Shown: in pieces, positions 40,213 through 53,861 of the stretch
Position numbering within the stretch: position 1 is the stretch's first letter
Layout of the letters: each line of letters opens with the position of its first letter
NCBI RefSeq assembly: GCF_006345805.1
Contig: NC_043006.1
Coordinates: forward strand, 97,774,001-97,838,000
Source of the DNA: Octopus sinensis
Lineage: Eukaryota
Direction: 5' to 3'
DNA length: 64,000 nt
Made by a program: the position numbers and the translations under genes
The notes under the pieces: model-generated
Told to the model about the DNA's origin: nothing
Seen by the model: only the letters and a program-made list of their open reading frames with translations
Database searches by the model: none

Positions 40213-40529
40213 ATATATATATATGTTTGTATGTATGTATGTATATATATGTATGCATGTATGTATATATATATACATAGACGCACACACACACGCACGC
40301 ACACACAGACACACAGACACACACGTAAAAAATATGTCTTGTGTTAGCCATTTCTCAAGTTCTTAACAGGTTGGTTTTTAAATGCGTTTCAAGCAGTTGA
40401 CGATGAATGAGAACGTCGTTATAGAAAAAGACCGAGAGAAAAACACAAAACACGAAGGAGATAACCAACCCTACAACAAACAGCTAATGTCACACACATG
40501 TCAAAATTACGTAAGCCAGACTGGGACAG

Positions 40530-41230
40530 TTTATGGTGTGTCCGGTGGAATGGTTTATGACGGAGTTTTTAAAATGTGGACATAAAGAGAAAATAATCGT
40601 TCCTGGAATTAACACGGTTATTAGAAGTATTTAAGTTTTTGAAAAGATGCAGATTTTCGAAGGTACATATTGAATATCATTTTGACCCGTTTATAAGATG
40701 TTTGATATTGTAATTGAAGTTTTCATCTCTAAGTTTCAAGATGAATGCCGAGAGCGTTATTGCTTGTCTCTTCTCGCGGTTCCTAAAGGTCGAAAGATGA
40801 TTGTTGTATTTGGATTTAAGTTCTTTTCATTGATCCAATATAACGCTAGTTCTCTGTACGGCCGTTGCCATAGTTTACTGAGACTTATGCTTCATAAACT
40901 ACAGAGGATATATCGCATCGTGCCCTAGGGGACATTTAGATTTATCTCTGAAGGTGTATGAGAGAAAAGTTTGAGCTATAAGTTGTTTATTGTTGCAAGC
41001 CTTTAAATAAGGGGAGGGAGTTAGGGAAATGTGATTTTAATCGTGTGCCTCTTAAATATATTTCTGTATGTGTGATTGCTAGGAGAGTGAATATGTAATA
41101 ATTGTAAGAATCTTCTACCTTCATTTATCCTAACACTTAGAGGGAAGTGAGGACTGAATCCTAATGTTTTACGGGAACTATTCTTACGATCTAATGGTTC
41201 AGAGGATGGAGTGCTATACAAGCTACTGTT
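40530..41230 (-). pseudogene. Decayed Penelope-like RT linker plus GIY-YIG endonuclease
   Basis: Minus translation INEGRRFLQLLHIHSPSNHTYRNIFKRHTIKI, KCPLG..SVVYEA, RYIGS and SKYNNHLSTFRNREKR..LSAFI. Confidence 0.8.
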
Positions 41231-41310
41231 CTGTAAATCCTTATTATAGTATAGAAAAGCGTGCATGCGCGCGTGCACACACACAAACACTCAAATATAT
41301 ATATATATAT

Positions 41311-41490
41311 ATAGGCGCAGGAATGGCTGTGTAGTAAGACGCTTGCTTATTAACTACATGGTTCCGGGTTCAGTCCTACTGCGTGGCACCTTGGGTAAGT
41401 GTCTTCTACTATCGCCTCGGGCCGACCAAAGACTTGCGAGTGGATTTGGTAGAGGAAAACTGAAAGAAGCCTGTCGTATATATGTATATA

Positions 41491-41538
<48 letters not shown>

Positions 41539-41745
41539 TGTGTGTGTGTGTGTGTATGTTTGTGTGTCTGTGTTTGATCCCCCACCATCGCTTTTGAACC
41601 GATGTTGGTGTGTTCACGTGCCCGTAACTTAGCGGTTCAGCAAAAGAGACCGATAAAATAAGTACTATGCTTACAAACAATAAGTTCTGTGGTGCTTCAG
41701 CATGGCCGCAGTCAAATGACTGAAAAAAAATAAAAGAAAAAAGAA
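41311..41745 (+). mobile_element. SINE family A
   Basis: Homology; starts in (TA)n. Confidence 0.95.
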
Positions 41746-42204
41746 AGAAGAAATCTATATATGCATTATATACGTACAATGTTTTGATTTCGAGGTGTAT
41801 GACTGGATTGAATCAGTTTACTTGGATAAATTTTAAGGAAGTCTTAAAGTGCTCTCAGCTATTCCCCTGTAACAAACAGGTCCCGAGATGTCCTATGCTA
41901 AACGTACGGATTTTCTCTGATAAACACTACGCAAAGTCACTTTGAAACATCCCCCAGTGTTCCTCTGCGATTTTCTGTTGAAGCTTCCAGTTTCCCGCAG
42001 AGAGAAACGTTAGGTCTCGCAAAACGAGCAGATCATTACTGCGCCGAGTTAAGTGCTAGGTAGTATTTCGCCCGTCTTTAGGTTCTCAATAAAAAAATTG
42101 TCGATACAAATAAATACCAATTGAAAAGCGAGGTCGATGTATTCGAGTTTACCTATTCTCCGAAGTTACTGCTCTTGTACCAGAAGTTGGACTACTATTG
42201 TTAT

Positions 42205-42278
<74 letters not shown>

Positions 42279-42290
42279 TAATAATAATAA

Positions 42291-42844
42291 GCCCTGATGC
42301 AGTACCAGGCAGTGACTCTCATGGCTTCTGATCTTAACTGATTGGAAGTGTTATCATGTACATTGTTTTGTCTTGGTATAAAAGATGGGCTACAGCAAAT
42401 ATTCTGCTCAATACCACAGATTTGCTTGTCAGTTGTCTGACCTTAACCAGTTGAGCATGTCCCTTAGTGGCTGACGATATGTGCATCTCTGATCACGAGC
42501 AGAAGTAGTGGGGGAGCATCATAGCCATGTGTTGAGAGGGATTCTTTGGGGTTTGAATAGTTCACCTCTGGAAACATGGGTGGTTCTTTCAACATCCTTA
42601 AACAACCCTTATTCAGGGACCGTTTGAGCGGGATGGGCTACTCAACCTGAAGAAAATTCTAACTGGGCCCCACCTGCAAGGTCATGTGCAGTTTATCTTG
42701 ATATGAGATCACCATGTCGCGCACATATGGTTGTGATGCATGTGCCTGGTGTACCTTTATCAGACGGGTAGTCATGATGGGTATATTGGGCTTCGTATAT
42801 TTTACCCCAGTGTCACTTTGATGGCATGAACTGCTCTCTCACTC
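42291..42844 (-). mobile_element. Full-length approximately 550-bp non-tRNA repeat embedded in (AAT)n
   Basis: Bounded by (AAT)n on both sides; homologue of 24034-24462. Confidence 0.8.
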
Positions 42845-42993
<149 letters not shown>

Positions 42994-43021
42994 TAATAAT
43001 AATAATAATATAATAATAATA

Positions 43022-43057
<36 letters not shown>

Positions 43058-43064
43058 ATAATTA

Positions 43065-43274
43065 TTTCAGACAAATACATAACAAAAACACCAGGACTTA
43101 CAGACACATATAACATACAGAAAATTGCACTACTAGGCACTGCACACATCCTACGCAGAACACTTTCCATACAATAACCATCAGAGCATCACAACAAATC
43201 ACAGCACATACCCAAGGCACACAGAGCTGCGCTCGGTAGTGAAGTGAAAGCACGCTATAAAAATAAAACTACTG
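43065..43274 (+). mobile_element. Dong-like LINE 3' end
   Basis: YNIQKIALLGTAHILRRTLSIQ* then 3' UTR and (AAT)n. Confidence 0.85.
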
Positions 43275-43296
43275 AATAATAATAATAATAATAATA

Positions 43297-43391
<95 letters not shown>

Positions 43392-43585
43392 TAATAATGG
43401 TAATAATAATAATAATAATAATAATATAATAATATAATAATAATAATAACAATAATAAAATCTTCCTCATCTTCTTCTTCTTCTTCTTCTTCTTATTATT
43501 ATTATTATTATTATTATTATCATTATATGAAAATTCACTGCATATTTTGCTGGGTATGATGGAAAATATCAGCTGTATATTATTA

Positions 43586-43617
<32 letters not shown>

Positions 43618-44421
43618 TTTATTACTATTATTACTATTATGATTGAGAAAATTCCCAGTCTATATCGATCTCCGAAGCTATCCAGCTACCGGTTATCGCG
43701 AATAATAGAATGCCGAGAGGCCAAAAACGAATTGTCATGTAGAGATACCAACGATACCAGATACCAGATCATTTTCGGAGCGAAAAGAAACAGTGACCGC
43801 TTCAGTGAATAAATTATGCAGGTATTGGGGGAATGATCATCAACAATCCATACTCTTCATTGGAGAAGAGAGAAGTTTGATTAAAATTGGAATTGTATTC
43901 TAAATACCAAGCGATTGAAAACACTAGATAACATAAGGTTTTAGTCAACAGATTTTAGTTAACAAGGCGTTAAAAAAAGACGCTGGAACCAGCTTACTAG
44001 CTATAAAATGGAAGTTCATTCACTTCTACAAACCAAAACAGAAATGATGCATTTTTAAAGCAATGGCTTCTGGTCTGAACACAAGGGTGCCACTCATTCC
44101 TTGAAATTGGAGGAAGAGATGCGACATAACAACCACAATCAGGGATTCGGAATATCGCAAAAATTCACATTATTTCGGTGACCTTATGTACACACACACT
44201 TACACACACACACATCCATGCATCCATCCATAGAAAGCCTATAAGTATGTCAACAACAGATGAAAAGTGTACAGCAGGGGCGATGGAATTTGTCAATTCC
44301 AGATTTCAGCTTCATTAGATGTACTGATTTACAAATCACTGAAGTGTACATTTAAGTTTGTGTATGTGTATGTGTGCTTATTTGTGTATGTATATATGTA
44401 TATATATATATGCATATATAA

Positions 44422-44463
<42 letters not shown>

Positions 44464-44478
44464 GTATATATGTATGTA

Positions 44479-44564
<86 letters not shown>

Positions 44565-45539
44565 ATATAAAAATTATATATAAAGAAACAAGAACGTGAA
44601 ATACACAAGGGACGAACGCAAAAAACGGACGGGTCATTCGAAGCCTTTAATTTTCAGTCAGAAACCGGATCATCATAGCAAATTTCGGCTGATTAATCCT
44701 GTATATATATATATGTATTCATATATACAGAGAGGGAGAGAGAGAGACGGTGGAAGTGTCATTACGTATATGTGTTTCTTTCCCTGTCTGTACAAGTATA
44801 TGCTAATATGTATAAGCGCATGCGCAGACTCATGTTTCATTTTATTCTTTTACGCATATATGACGTGCATCAAATACATTTAAAATCATTATTTACATAA
44901 ATATACAGTTATTTTTTGTGGCATAGAATTATCAGTTACATAATATATTTTTCAATAACGACATACGTATTTCTTCTTCTATAATGCAATAACATCTTTC
45001 ACATATTGAAATATCACATTTTTTTAATAAAAGAACAAAAAAATATTCCAATATCGTTTGATCCGTAGTCTTTATTTCTTTTTTTCATATTTTTCTTTCT
45101 TTGTGTGTATCTCTGTGTAATTTTTTAAAAGAATTTCAACTTATTCATATTTGTCAACATGTGTATACATATATGTATGCATACATTTGTATATGTATGT
45201 ACATGTATGCCTACGTTTTTATATGTATGTACAAGTTTGCATACGTATATACGTAATGTACGTATATACATATCAACATGTATATCATATATAAATATAT
45301 ATATACACCTACATACAGATGTATTTCTAGACATGTGCATAACTTTATACAAGTATGTATATATGTATATATATACATGTATGTATATATATCTATGTAT
45401 ACATACGCATAAAATACACCACACTGACATCTACAATATTTTATAAAACCTGTGCTTATCTTAAGTTAAATTTACTAACACAACACTGCTGTAGCTTTTT
45501 AAATGTACACACATTTACTAAGAGCATGTACGTTTATAT

Positions 45540-45765
<226 letters not shown>

Positions 45766-46486
45766 TATTTTCATGTTGCGCGCAAACAAGCAAACTTCCT
45801 CAGTGTATTTTTGTGGAATTCATGTGTAACAGCTAATGCATTATTATAAAGAACATCAATACATGTATTATAACAAATTCGATCACAATGAATGATAACA
45901 TATCGATTTATTAATTGGACGCAAGGTCGTACATAGGTGAGAGGAAATGACGGAATCCTATAATCATTACGCTTTTCTCTCGAGCATAAACGACTTAATT
46001 ATAATGGATTGATTTTAATCGGGAATCGAAACTGAATTGTGAAGTTGGGTCACCAAACCCGCACTGATCCTTTAATCAAAAGCTTAGCTTTAGAATTGAA
46101 AATGAATGAAAAGAGTGCATGATATGCATTGATATAAATCAAAGAGAAGTATTTGTGACTCTTTACATGGTCGTTTCTTCTGCAAGAAAGTGTAGTTAAA
46201 TCGACCTCAAAGCATCTTTAAAAGGGAAGGATAGATTGCAGAATAAAGTCGGAGATAGACAGAATCTGAAAAAGAAAAAAGTCGGTGTAGTTATTCATGT
46301 AATCATGGAATATCTTTCAACATAGGCGTTTTTAACCATGCCTGGTCTTCTTGCCTCAAGGGCGAACTCTCACAATATGTTGTAATTTTCATTTTCTATC
46401 ACAAGCGTGTGATGTTTTGAAGCCACATTCTCGACACATCCCAAAGCATTATTTTGCCTAAACAGTCTTGCCTGCTCTTCTAAAAA

Positions 46487-46807
46487 GACTCCGCCGGTTA
46501 CGACGACGAGGGTCCCAGCTGATACGATCAACGGAACAGCTTGCTCGTGAAATTAACGTGCAAATGGCTGAGCATTCCACAGACACGTGTACCCTTAACG
46601 TAGTTCTCGGGGATAATCAGCGTGACACAGAGAGTGACAAGGCTGACCCTTTGAAATACAAGTACAACTCATTTTTGCCAGCTGAGTGGACTGGAGCAAC
46701 GTGAAATAAAGTGTCTTGCTCAGGGACACAACGCGTCGCCGGGAATCGAACTCACAACCTTACGATCATGAGCCGAATGCCCTAACCACTAAGCCACGCG
46801 CCCTCAC
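46487..46807 (-). mobile_element. SINE family B (tRNA head, Meta-like core, shared 3' module)
   Basis: Minus strand GGCTTAGTGGTTAGGGC..GAGTTCGATTCCC..CCTGAGCAAGACACTTTATTTCACG. Confidence 0.9.
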
Positions 46808-46849
46808 TGCCTGCTCTTCTACTCCTTTTGTGTTATACGTCTCTCACAC

Positions 46850-47101
46850 AAACTGTGATCGTACATTATTTACATTACTTACATTTGACGATATCTGTCC
46901 TCATCTTGTTTGTTGTTAACACAACGTTTCGACTGATATTCTCTCCAGCCATCATCGGGTGTCTTGGGGAAATTTCGAACCTGAGTTCTCATTTCTAAAG
47001 TATTTTTCGATGTTGTTGTTGTTGCTCTTCTTCTTCTTCTTCTTCTTCTTCTTCTTCTTCTTCTTCTTCTTCTTCTTCTTCTTCTTCTTCTTCTTCTTCT
47101 T

Positions 47102-47170
<69 letters not shown>

Positions 47171-47236
47171 CGCGGGGTACTAACCCCAAGATTCCGAGTT
47201 CGATTCCAGGCAGTGACCTAAGTAATAATAATAATA

Positions 47237-47291
<55 letters not shown>

Positions 47292-47445
47292 CAACAACAA
47301 CAACATCGAATTTTCCCGAAGATGCCTGATGAAGGCTGGAGGGTTTATCAACCGAAACGTTTTGTTAGCAACAAATAAGATGAGGAGAAATATCCATCAA
47401 ATGTAAATAACGTACGTAATTCATCATCCCTTAAATATAGAACAG
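46850..47445. mobile_element. Inverted pair of PLE pLTR-like fragments (46850-46995 -, 47305-47445 +), each with a hammerhead motif
   Basis: Minus 46918-46963 reads GACAC CCGATGA TGGCTG..CAGTC GAAAC GTT^ GTGTT. Plus 47321-47366 reads CTGATGA AGGCTG..CAACC GAAAC GTT. Confidence 0.7.
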
Positions 47446-47454
47446 AAAATGTCA

Positions 47455-47720
47455 ATGATACTTACATTTCCTTTCCTGCAGATTGTACATTTACTATTTG
47501 ACTGAATTTTGTCCACCTTTGCATTCATCGGATTTGTTCATAGGACTCCTTCCTCACCGGATATTATTAACATTTCTGTTTTTCGTTTCAAGTTCCCGTC
47601 CATCAACCAAAGCCAGTGGGCTTCACTTCCACCATCTTTGGTTTGTTGTGTGAACTGACCTTGCAGTCCCATTTCTTTCAATTTGTTCATTTTCTTCTTC
47701 TTTCTTTTCTCTTTGAATTC
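47455..47720 (-). mobile_element. Degenerate R4/Dong LINE fragment
   Basis: Minus translation MGLQGQF..HWLWLMDGNLKRKTEMLII..AKVDKIQSNSKCTIC. Confidence 0.7.
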
Positions 47721-47969
47721 TCCTACTATTTGAATCTCAAACGATTATAGAGAACATGAATTATAAAAGAACATCAATTATAGGATTCCGTTTTTAATGA
47801 AGTTGACATCATAGATAAATAAAGATTTGTTGTTGTCTTGTTGAGATAATGAAAGTTGGAATGATGACTGTTTTCAGGAATTATGTGACTAGCGGGAGGA
47901 AGAAAGGTATTTATCGCTTGACTGGAGTCATGTTAACAACAAATTGGACTGTTAGATATACTCAATATG

Positions 47970-48375
47970 ATATCTACATGATGATGTTAAACAGGCTCAC
48001 AGATATACACTGCCGAGCGCGAAAAATCAGCAAAAAGTTCATCATCATCGTCATCATCATCATCTGCAGCAGCAGCAGCAGCAGCAGCAACTGTTCAAGA
48101 ATTTGGACCTGGAGATCTCCATTTCCAGCGACTTTGAGGGCCACCTCCTAGCAGTGTCGGGCGTCAACGAAGAACCCTCGACTACAACAAGACGACCAAA
48201 GTTCTTTTTTTTTTCCAAGCTCTGGGGCCTCCCGCCCCTAAGCGCTAGACCATCACCTAATCACCCTTACCCGTCTTGTTGCTTAACAACAACAACAACA
48301 AAAACAGCAGCAGCAGCCAGCAACAACCACAACGACGTGGACAACTTATGGTTTCCTCATAAAACGCAGATATGA
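47970..48375 (+). CDS. Candidate coding exon (polyH/polyQ, ends WFPHKTQI*), gene unknown
   Basis: Open frame of about 135 codons in a GC-richer non-TE island; strand and frame are ambiguous. Confidence 0.25.
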
Positions 48376-48859
48376 ATCCTCTATGCCAAAACAAAATGGA
48401 ACATATTTGTAATCCAATTCTTGACGATCCCTAAGCGTTACAAACCTTACACGTTTAGAGATAGTGTGTTTCTGAGGCCATCATTTTTTTTTTATTTCCT
48501 AGCGTTTGCCTCACTTTAGTCAAGGGTCCACGTGAGTTTATTGTTTTGTAATTAATGTCTATTGGTCTGTTTGGGATATTGCCTGAAGTGCTATGTCGTT
48601 TATGCATCAGTGCGGTGTGTGTGTGTGGCGGGGTTAGTTACCATTATTCAAATCCAGAATGTCTGAGGTCCAGTCACAAGGAGGCCAACATAGGAAAGGT
48701 AAAATATGAAAGAAAGACGTATTTTTCGACTTTACGAAGGTAGCCAATACACCAATATGTCCTATTGTCTTATTCAGCGATACTGAAAGTATGAAATGCA
48801 AAGTTTTCCTTGGCCGAATTATTTCCTTTGTTTTTAAACTCAAGACTCTACGAACATAT

Positions 48860-49091
48860 TTATCTTTTACTCTTTTACTTGTTTCAGTCATTTGACTGCG
48901 GCCATGCTGTCGCACCGCATTTAGTCGAGCAAGTCGACCCCAGGTCTTATTCTTTGTAATCCTAGTATTTATTCTATCGGTCTCTTTTGCCGAACCGCTA
49001 AGTTTTGGAGACGTAAATACACCAGCATCGGTTGTCAACCGATGTTGGTCGGACAAACACAGACATACAAACACACACACACACAACACAT

Positions 49092-49123
<32 letters not shown>

Positions 49124-49295
49124 TAACATATACATATATACGACGGGCTTGCTTCAGTTTCCGTCTACCATATCCACTCACAAAGCTTTGGTCGGCCCGA
49201 GGCTATAGTAGAAGACACTTGCCCAAGATGCCACGCAATGGGACTGAAACCGGAACCATGTGGTTGGTAAGCAAACTACTTACCACACAGCTATT
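48860..49295 (-). mobile_element. SINE family A
   Basis: Reverse-complement homology. Confidence 0.95.
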
Positions 49296-49699
49296 CCTGA
49301 ATGTAATCTCTCGAATGCTTCCAAAGCCCTTCTAGTTCTCAGCATTTTTGTTACCTATAGTTATTATAATCCGGGTTGTTTTGATTCGCGGCGAATGTAC
49401 GATACTAAGGCAAATAGAAAATTGAGATTTGTGTTGTCCAAATCTAAATTTAAACCGGAAACTTTATGAAAATTGTTAGTTGTCAAGGAAAGTAATCTTA
49501 TCAATAAAATTTACAAATATATGAATTCGAATCTTCTGGTGGAGATGTGAATTCAAAAATTGGTATGCAACATAATACTGAACAAATATTCTTTTGAAAT
49601 AGCAATAGTTACAAAATGAAGTAAGGTATAACCAAGCTGACTCATAAAAAGGAAGCCAACAGGATCCATGCGTTTATGTGTATATATTTATATATATGT

Positions 49700-49915
49700 A
49701 TATATTTCAAAAGGTTCCCAGACTAGTTATGTTTGATAAAAAGTAACTTATTTAGCTAAGTTTTAACATCATCTTCATCGAAATAGTCGCCTTGCACAGC
49801 ACTATACCGATTCCAGTATTCTTGCTAGTTTTGGAATCCAGTTTGGGAATATTTTTCTGTAAGCGATTCTAGGAGTCTAGGACCTTCTGCGATTCGCTCT
49901 GGATCTTGACAACGG
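49700..49915 (-). mobile_element. Mariner (irritans-like) 3' fragment
   Basis: Minus translation TVVKIQSESQKVL..YWNRYSAVQGDYFDED. Confidence 0.7.
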
Positions 49916-49930
49916 TGTATATATATATGC

Positions 49931-49967
<37 letters not shown>

Positions 49968-50024
49968 ATATATTATTATATATATATGCATATATATATA
50001 TTATATATATATATATAATATAGC

Positions 50025-50072
<48 letters not shown>

Positions 50073-50119
50073 ATATAAGGATAAATCTCAGACCGAGTTA
50101 TAAACAGTAGCGGTAACAC

Positions 50120-50553
50120 ATCGTGACGCATATTTGCCATTTGAATATGGCTAAACCCTAAGGGTGGATGCTACTGTAGTTGTAGCCCCAGGAAGATACC
50201 TCCTCCAGCTGGCTATACACACACTTTCTGTGCCCTATCAGTATTTGTGAAGGGAAGTCATCCTTTCGTCTTCAACTATGATACACACGGACTCGAGTTT
50301 CAAGGTATTTACCTATCATCGGCGCTGTGTGACAATCATAGTTGTCGACGAGAGAATTCAGTTTCCCTCACAAATACATATACTTTTTCCAGTGTCGATG
50401 ACACTGATATTGAAAAAGTGAAATCAAACAATGATAGGGCACAGAAAGTGTGTCTATAGCCAGCTGGAGGAGGTATCTTCCTGGGGCTACAAACTACAGT
50501 AGCATCCACCCTTAGCGGTTAGCCATATTCAAATGGCAAATATGCGTCACGAT
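50120..50553. mobile_element. Fold-back PLE-like repeat (arms 50120-50240 / 50432-50553) with a hammerhead motif in the spacer (50284-50329, -)
   Basis: Minus strand CACAGCG CCGATGA T AGGT AAAT ACCT T GAAAC TCGA GTC^ CGTGTG. Confidence 0.75.
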
Positions 50554-50569
50554 ATATATATAATATCTT

Positions 50570-50970
50570 TCTTTTTATCTTTTACTTGTTTCACTCATTT
50601 GACTGCGGCCATGCTAGAGCACCGCCTTTAGTCGAGCAAATCGACCCCGGGACTTATTCTTTGTAAGCCCAGTACTTATTCTATCGGTCCTTTTGCCGAA
50701 CCGCTAAGTGACGGGGATCGTAAAAACACCAGCATCGGTTGTCAAGCAAAGCTAGGTGGACAAACACACCAAAACACACACAATACACACATATATATAT
50801 ATACATATATACGACAGACTTCTTTCAGTTTCCGTCTACCAAATCCACTCACAAGACATTGGTCGGCCCGGGGCTATAGCAGAAGACCACTGCCCAAGAT
50901 GCCACGCAGTGGGACTGAACCGGAGCCATGTGGTTGGTTAGCAAGCTACTTACCACACAGCCACTCCTAC
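50570..50970 (-). mobile_element. SINE family A
   Basis: Reverse-complement homology. Confidence 0.95.
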
Positions 50971-51008
50971 GCTCCTATATATATATATATATTATATATA
51001 TATATATA

Positions 51009-52279
51009 TATTATCCATAAAATCCATTTACAATTTTAAAAAAATATTAGAAAGGCAGTTGGTGAAATATTTTAACCAGATTTTTTTATTTTAACAATTG
51101 TTTAGTAAAGGTTTTATTGATATTAAATTTTTGTGTTTCAGATACTCTGTTGATGGAAGGGAACTGATTCACTGAACCCTTGTAAAATGGCTACTCCTCA
51201 TGAAAAGGCACAACGTGTATCCTGGTTTATTGAGACAAAATATGATGTTCAAACTCAACGAATCTACAGAACTAAGTACGGAAGAGATCCACCATCGCGT
51301 CCTTCAATTCGTTCATGGCACAAGAAATTTATGGAGACAGGGACAGTGTTGGATAAAGAGAGGAGTGGCCTACCAAGAACCTCTGATGAAAAATTATATC
51401 GTGTTTCAAAAGCCTTTGCTTATTCTTCTACGAAGTCGATCCACACTGCTGCCAGACAGTTGCAACTACCACGTTCAACAGTGCACAAGATCCTCCACAA
51501 GAACTTACGGTTGTACGCTTATAAAGTGCAACTGTTACAGACACTTGAGCAAAATGGTGAGCCAAAACGAAAAGAGTTTGCACTCAATATGCTGGAGCGC
51601 ATTTCTGAGGATGAAGCATTCCTCAAGTGAGTTTGTTTTAGTGACGAGGCCACTTTTCATGTTTCAGGGAAATTAAACAGACCCAATATGAGAATCTGGG
51701 GATCAGAACACCCCCATGGGACTAGGGAGCTTCAACAGGATAGTCCAAAAGTGAATGTGTGGTGTGGAATCATGTCCAATCGAATAATTGGTCCATTTTT
51801 CTTCAACGAGGCAACAATTACTGCGGATGTTTACCTCGACCTTATGACCGAATATGTGGCACCACAACTGATTGATTTACAACCAACCATCAAGATGGTG
51901 CACCATCACATTGGGAACAGCATGTTCGTCAGTTCCTCAATCAAACATTTCCAGACCGATGGATTGGAAGAGATGGGTCAATTCCATGGCCACCGCATTC
52001 GCCAGATATCACTTCGTTGGACATTGCTGACTTGAAGCAAAGGATTAGTAATGCCATTGCCACCGTTGATGAGGCTATCCTACAGTGAACATGGCAAGAA
52101 ATTGAGTACCGTTTGATGTGCTTTGCGCAACTAATGGTGCCCATACTGAGGTCTATCAGATAACAGTTAAAAAAACTTTAATAAACAATTATTACAATGA
52201 AACAAATGTGGTTATGATATCTTGTCAACTGCCTGTTAATAAAATTTAAAAATAGTAAAGAGACTTTATGGACACCATG
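51009..52279 (+). mobile_element. Tc1/mariner DD41D (rosa-type) transposon, near full length, transposase disabled
   Basis: ORF from 51187: MATPHEKAQ..FSDEATFH..QDGAPSH..WPPHSPDITSLD with 41 residues between the 2nd and 3rd Asp. It has stops, a frameshift and a small deletion; degenerate TIRs at both ends. Confidence 0.9.
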
Positions 52280-52280
52280 A

Positions 52281-52330
<50 letters not shown>

Positions 52331-52335
<5 letters not shown>

Positions 52336-52745
52336 CACAGGAGTGACGTGTGTAAGTAGCTTGCTAACCAACCACATGGTTCCGGGTTCAGTCCCACTGC
52401 GTGGCATCTTGGGCAAGTGTCTTCTGCTATAGCCCCGGGCCGACCAATGCCTTGTGAGTGGATTTGGTAGACGGAAACTGAAAGAAGCCTGTCGTATATA
52501 CGTATATATATGTATATGTATGTATGTGTATGTGTTTGTGTGTCTGTGTTTGTCCCCCTAGCATTGCTTGACAACCGATGCTGGTGTGTTTACGTCCCCG
52601 TCACTTAGCGGTTCGGCAAAAAAGACCGATAGAATAAGTACTGGGCTTACAAAGAATAAGTCCCGCGGTCAAGTTGCTCGACTAAAGGTGGTGCTCCAGC
52701 ATGGCCGCAGTCAAGTGACTGAAACATGTAAAAGAGTAAAAGAGT
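52331..52745 (+). mobile_element. SINE family A
   Basis: Homology; starts in (TA)n. Confidence 0.95.
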
Positions 52746-52756
52746 ATATATATATA

Positions 52757-52793
<37 letters not shown>

Positions 52794-52796
<3 letters not shown>

Positions 52797-53260
52797 AGTA
52801 ATTTGGCCTCAAAAGACAAATAGCAAGGCCATGTAGGGGGACATGGAGTTAAGTACAGGGTGGTGTTCATGTAAAGAGTTCAGGCCACTTGAGGTCCAGG
52901 GAGGCTTGAACAAAGTGGTCGTCGGCATGTTCACCATCTCGTCTGGCAGCTTGTTCCACGGATCCGCAACCCGGACGGAGAAAGCTCCTCTCCTTCGATT
53001 GAGATGAAATCGTCGCAGGTAGAGCTTTTCGGAATGACCCCGCAGCCGACGCTCTGGAGCAGGAGTGAAGAACATATATATATGATGTACAGCATCGCCA
53101 GTGCCCTTTTCCATACGACATCGTCCACTCAACCGACTGAATACTTTGAAGAAGCAGCATGCTGGGGGGCTGTAATGAGGATGCACGGCGAAGTTGCTCT
53201 CTTTGCCGATAACCACCTCTCTTATACACCAACTGGCATAAATCAGATCTATCACAGCTG
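52794..53260 (-). mobile_element. CR1-clade LINE 3' fragment
   Basis: RLRGHSEKL..RRGAFSVRVADPWNKLPDEMV matches the CR1 C-terminal RGHxxKL..FSxRVVxxWNxLP motif. Confidence 0.85.
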
Positions 53261-53861
53261 AAACTGGAAAAATATGATGCTCATTTTATTCTGGGATTGT
53301 TATACTAGACAAAATCTAGAACTATGCTGCTACAGTAGAACAAACCGTAACGTAGAAGATGGCGTGAGTTTGGAGACTAAAGGAAGACGTAATAAGGAGT
53401 ATTCACAGGACTACTCGATCAGCGATGTGATGCATCGTACTCTGACTAAAGCTAAGGAAGCATGCAGCTGACATAGAACGTAAGAATAATGAAAATGAGT
53501 AAGTTTTCAAAAATAAATAATATGCACTCAAGTTAATAAAAAACCAATCAAGACCACCGAATAAACATCAAAGCTACTAATTTATGATGTAGTCGTTTCA
53601 TAAAAAAGAATTAGATAATATTAAATCAGAATCTAAAACAGCACAAAAATTACCGGCAGATAAAAGTAATAAAATAATCAAACACACCGCACGCAGTACT
53701 AGTGGTATGTTTCCATAAAATAGAAAATATTGCTGACTAATATTAGTTTTAATACTATTTCAGCTAGTAAAAACTATTTTGTTTCGTATTAGATGTAAAT
53801 GAATTAACTGTGCGTACATGCATAACGGGTATCATAGTTGTCATGGTTGCCTTACGTGGAT

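Noticed and set aside
41970-42020. CTGTTGA..GAAACGTT hammerhead-like string
   Set aside because: Core is mutated and there is no credible stem II.
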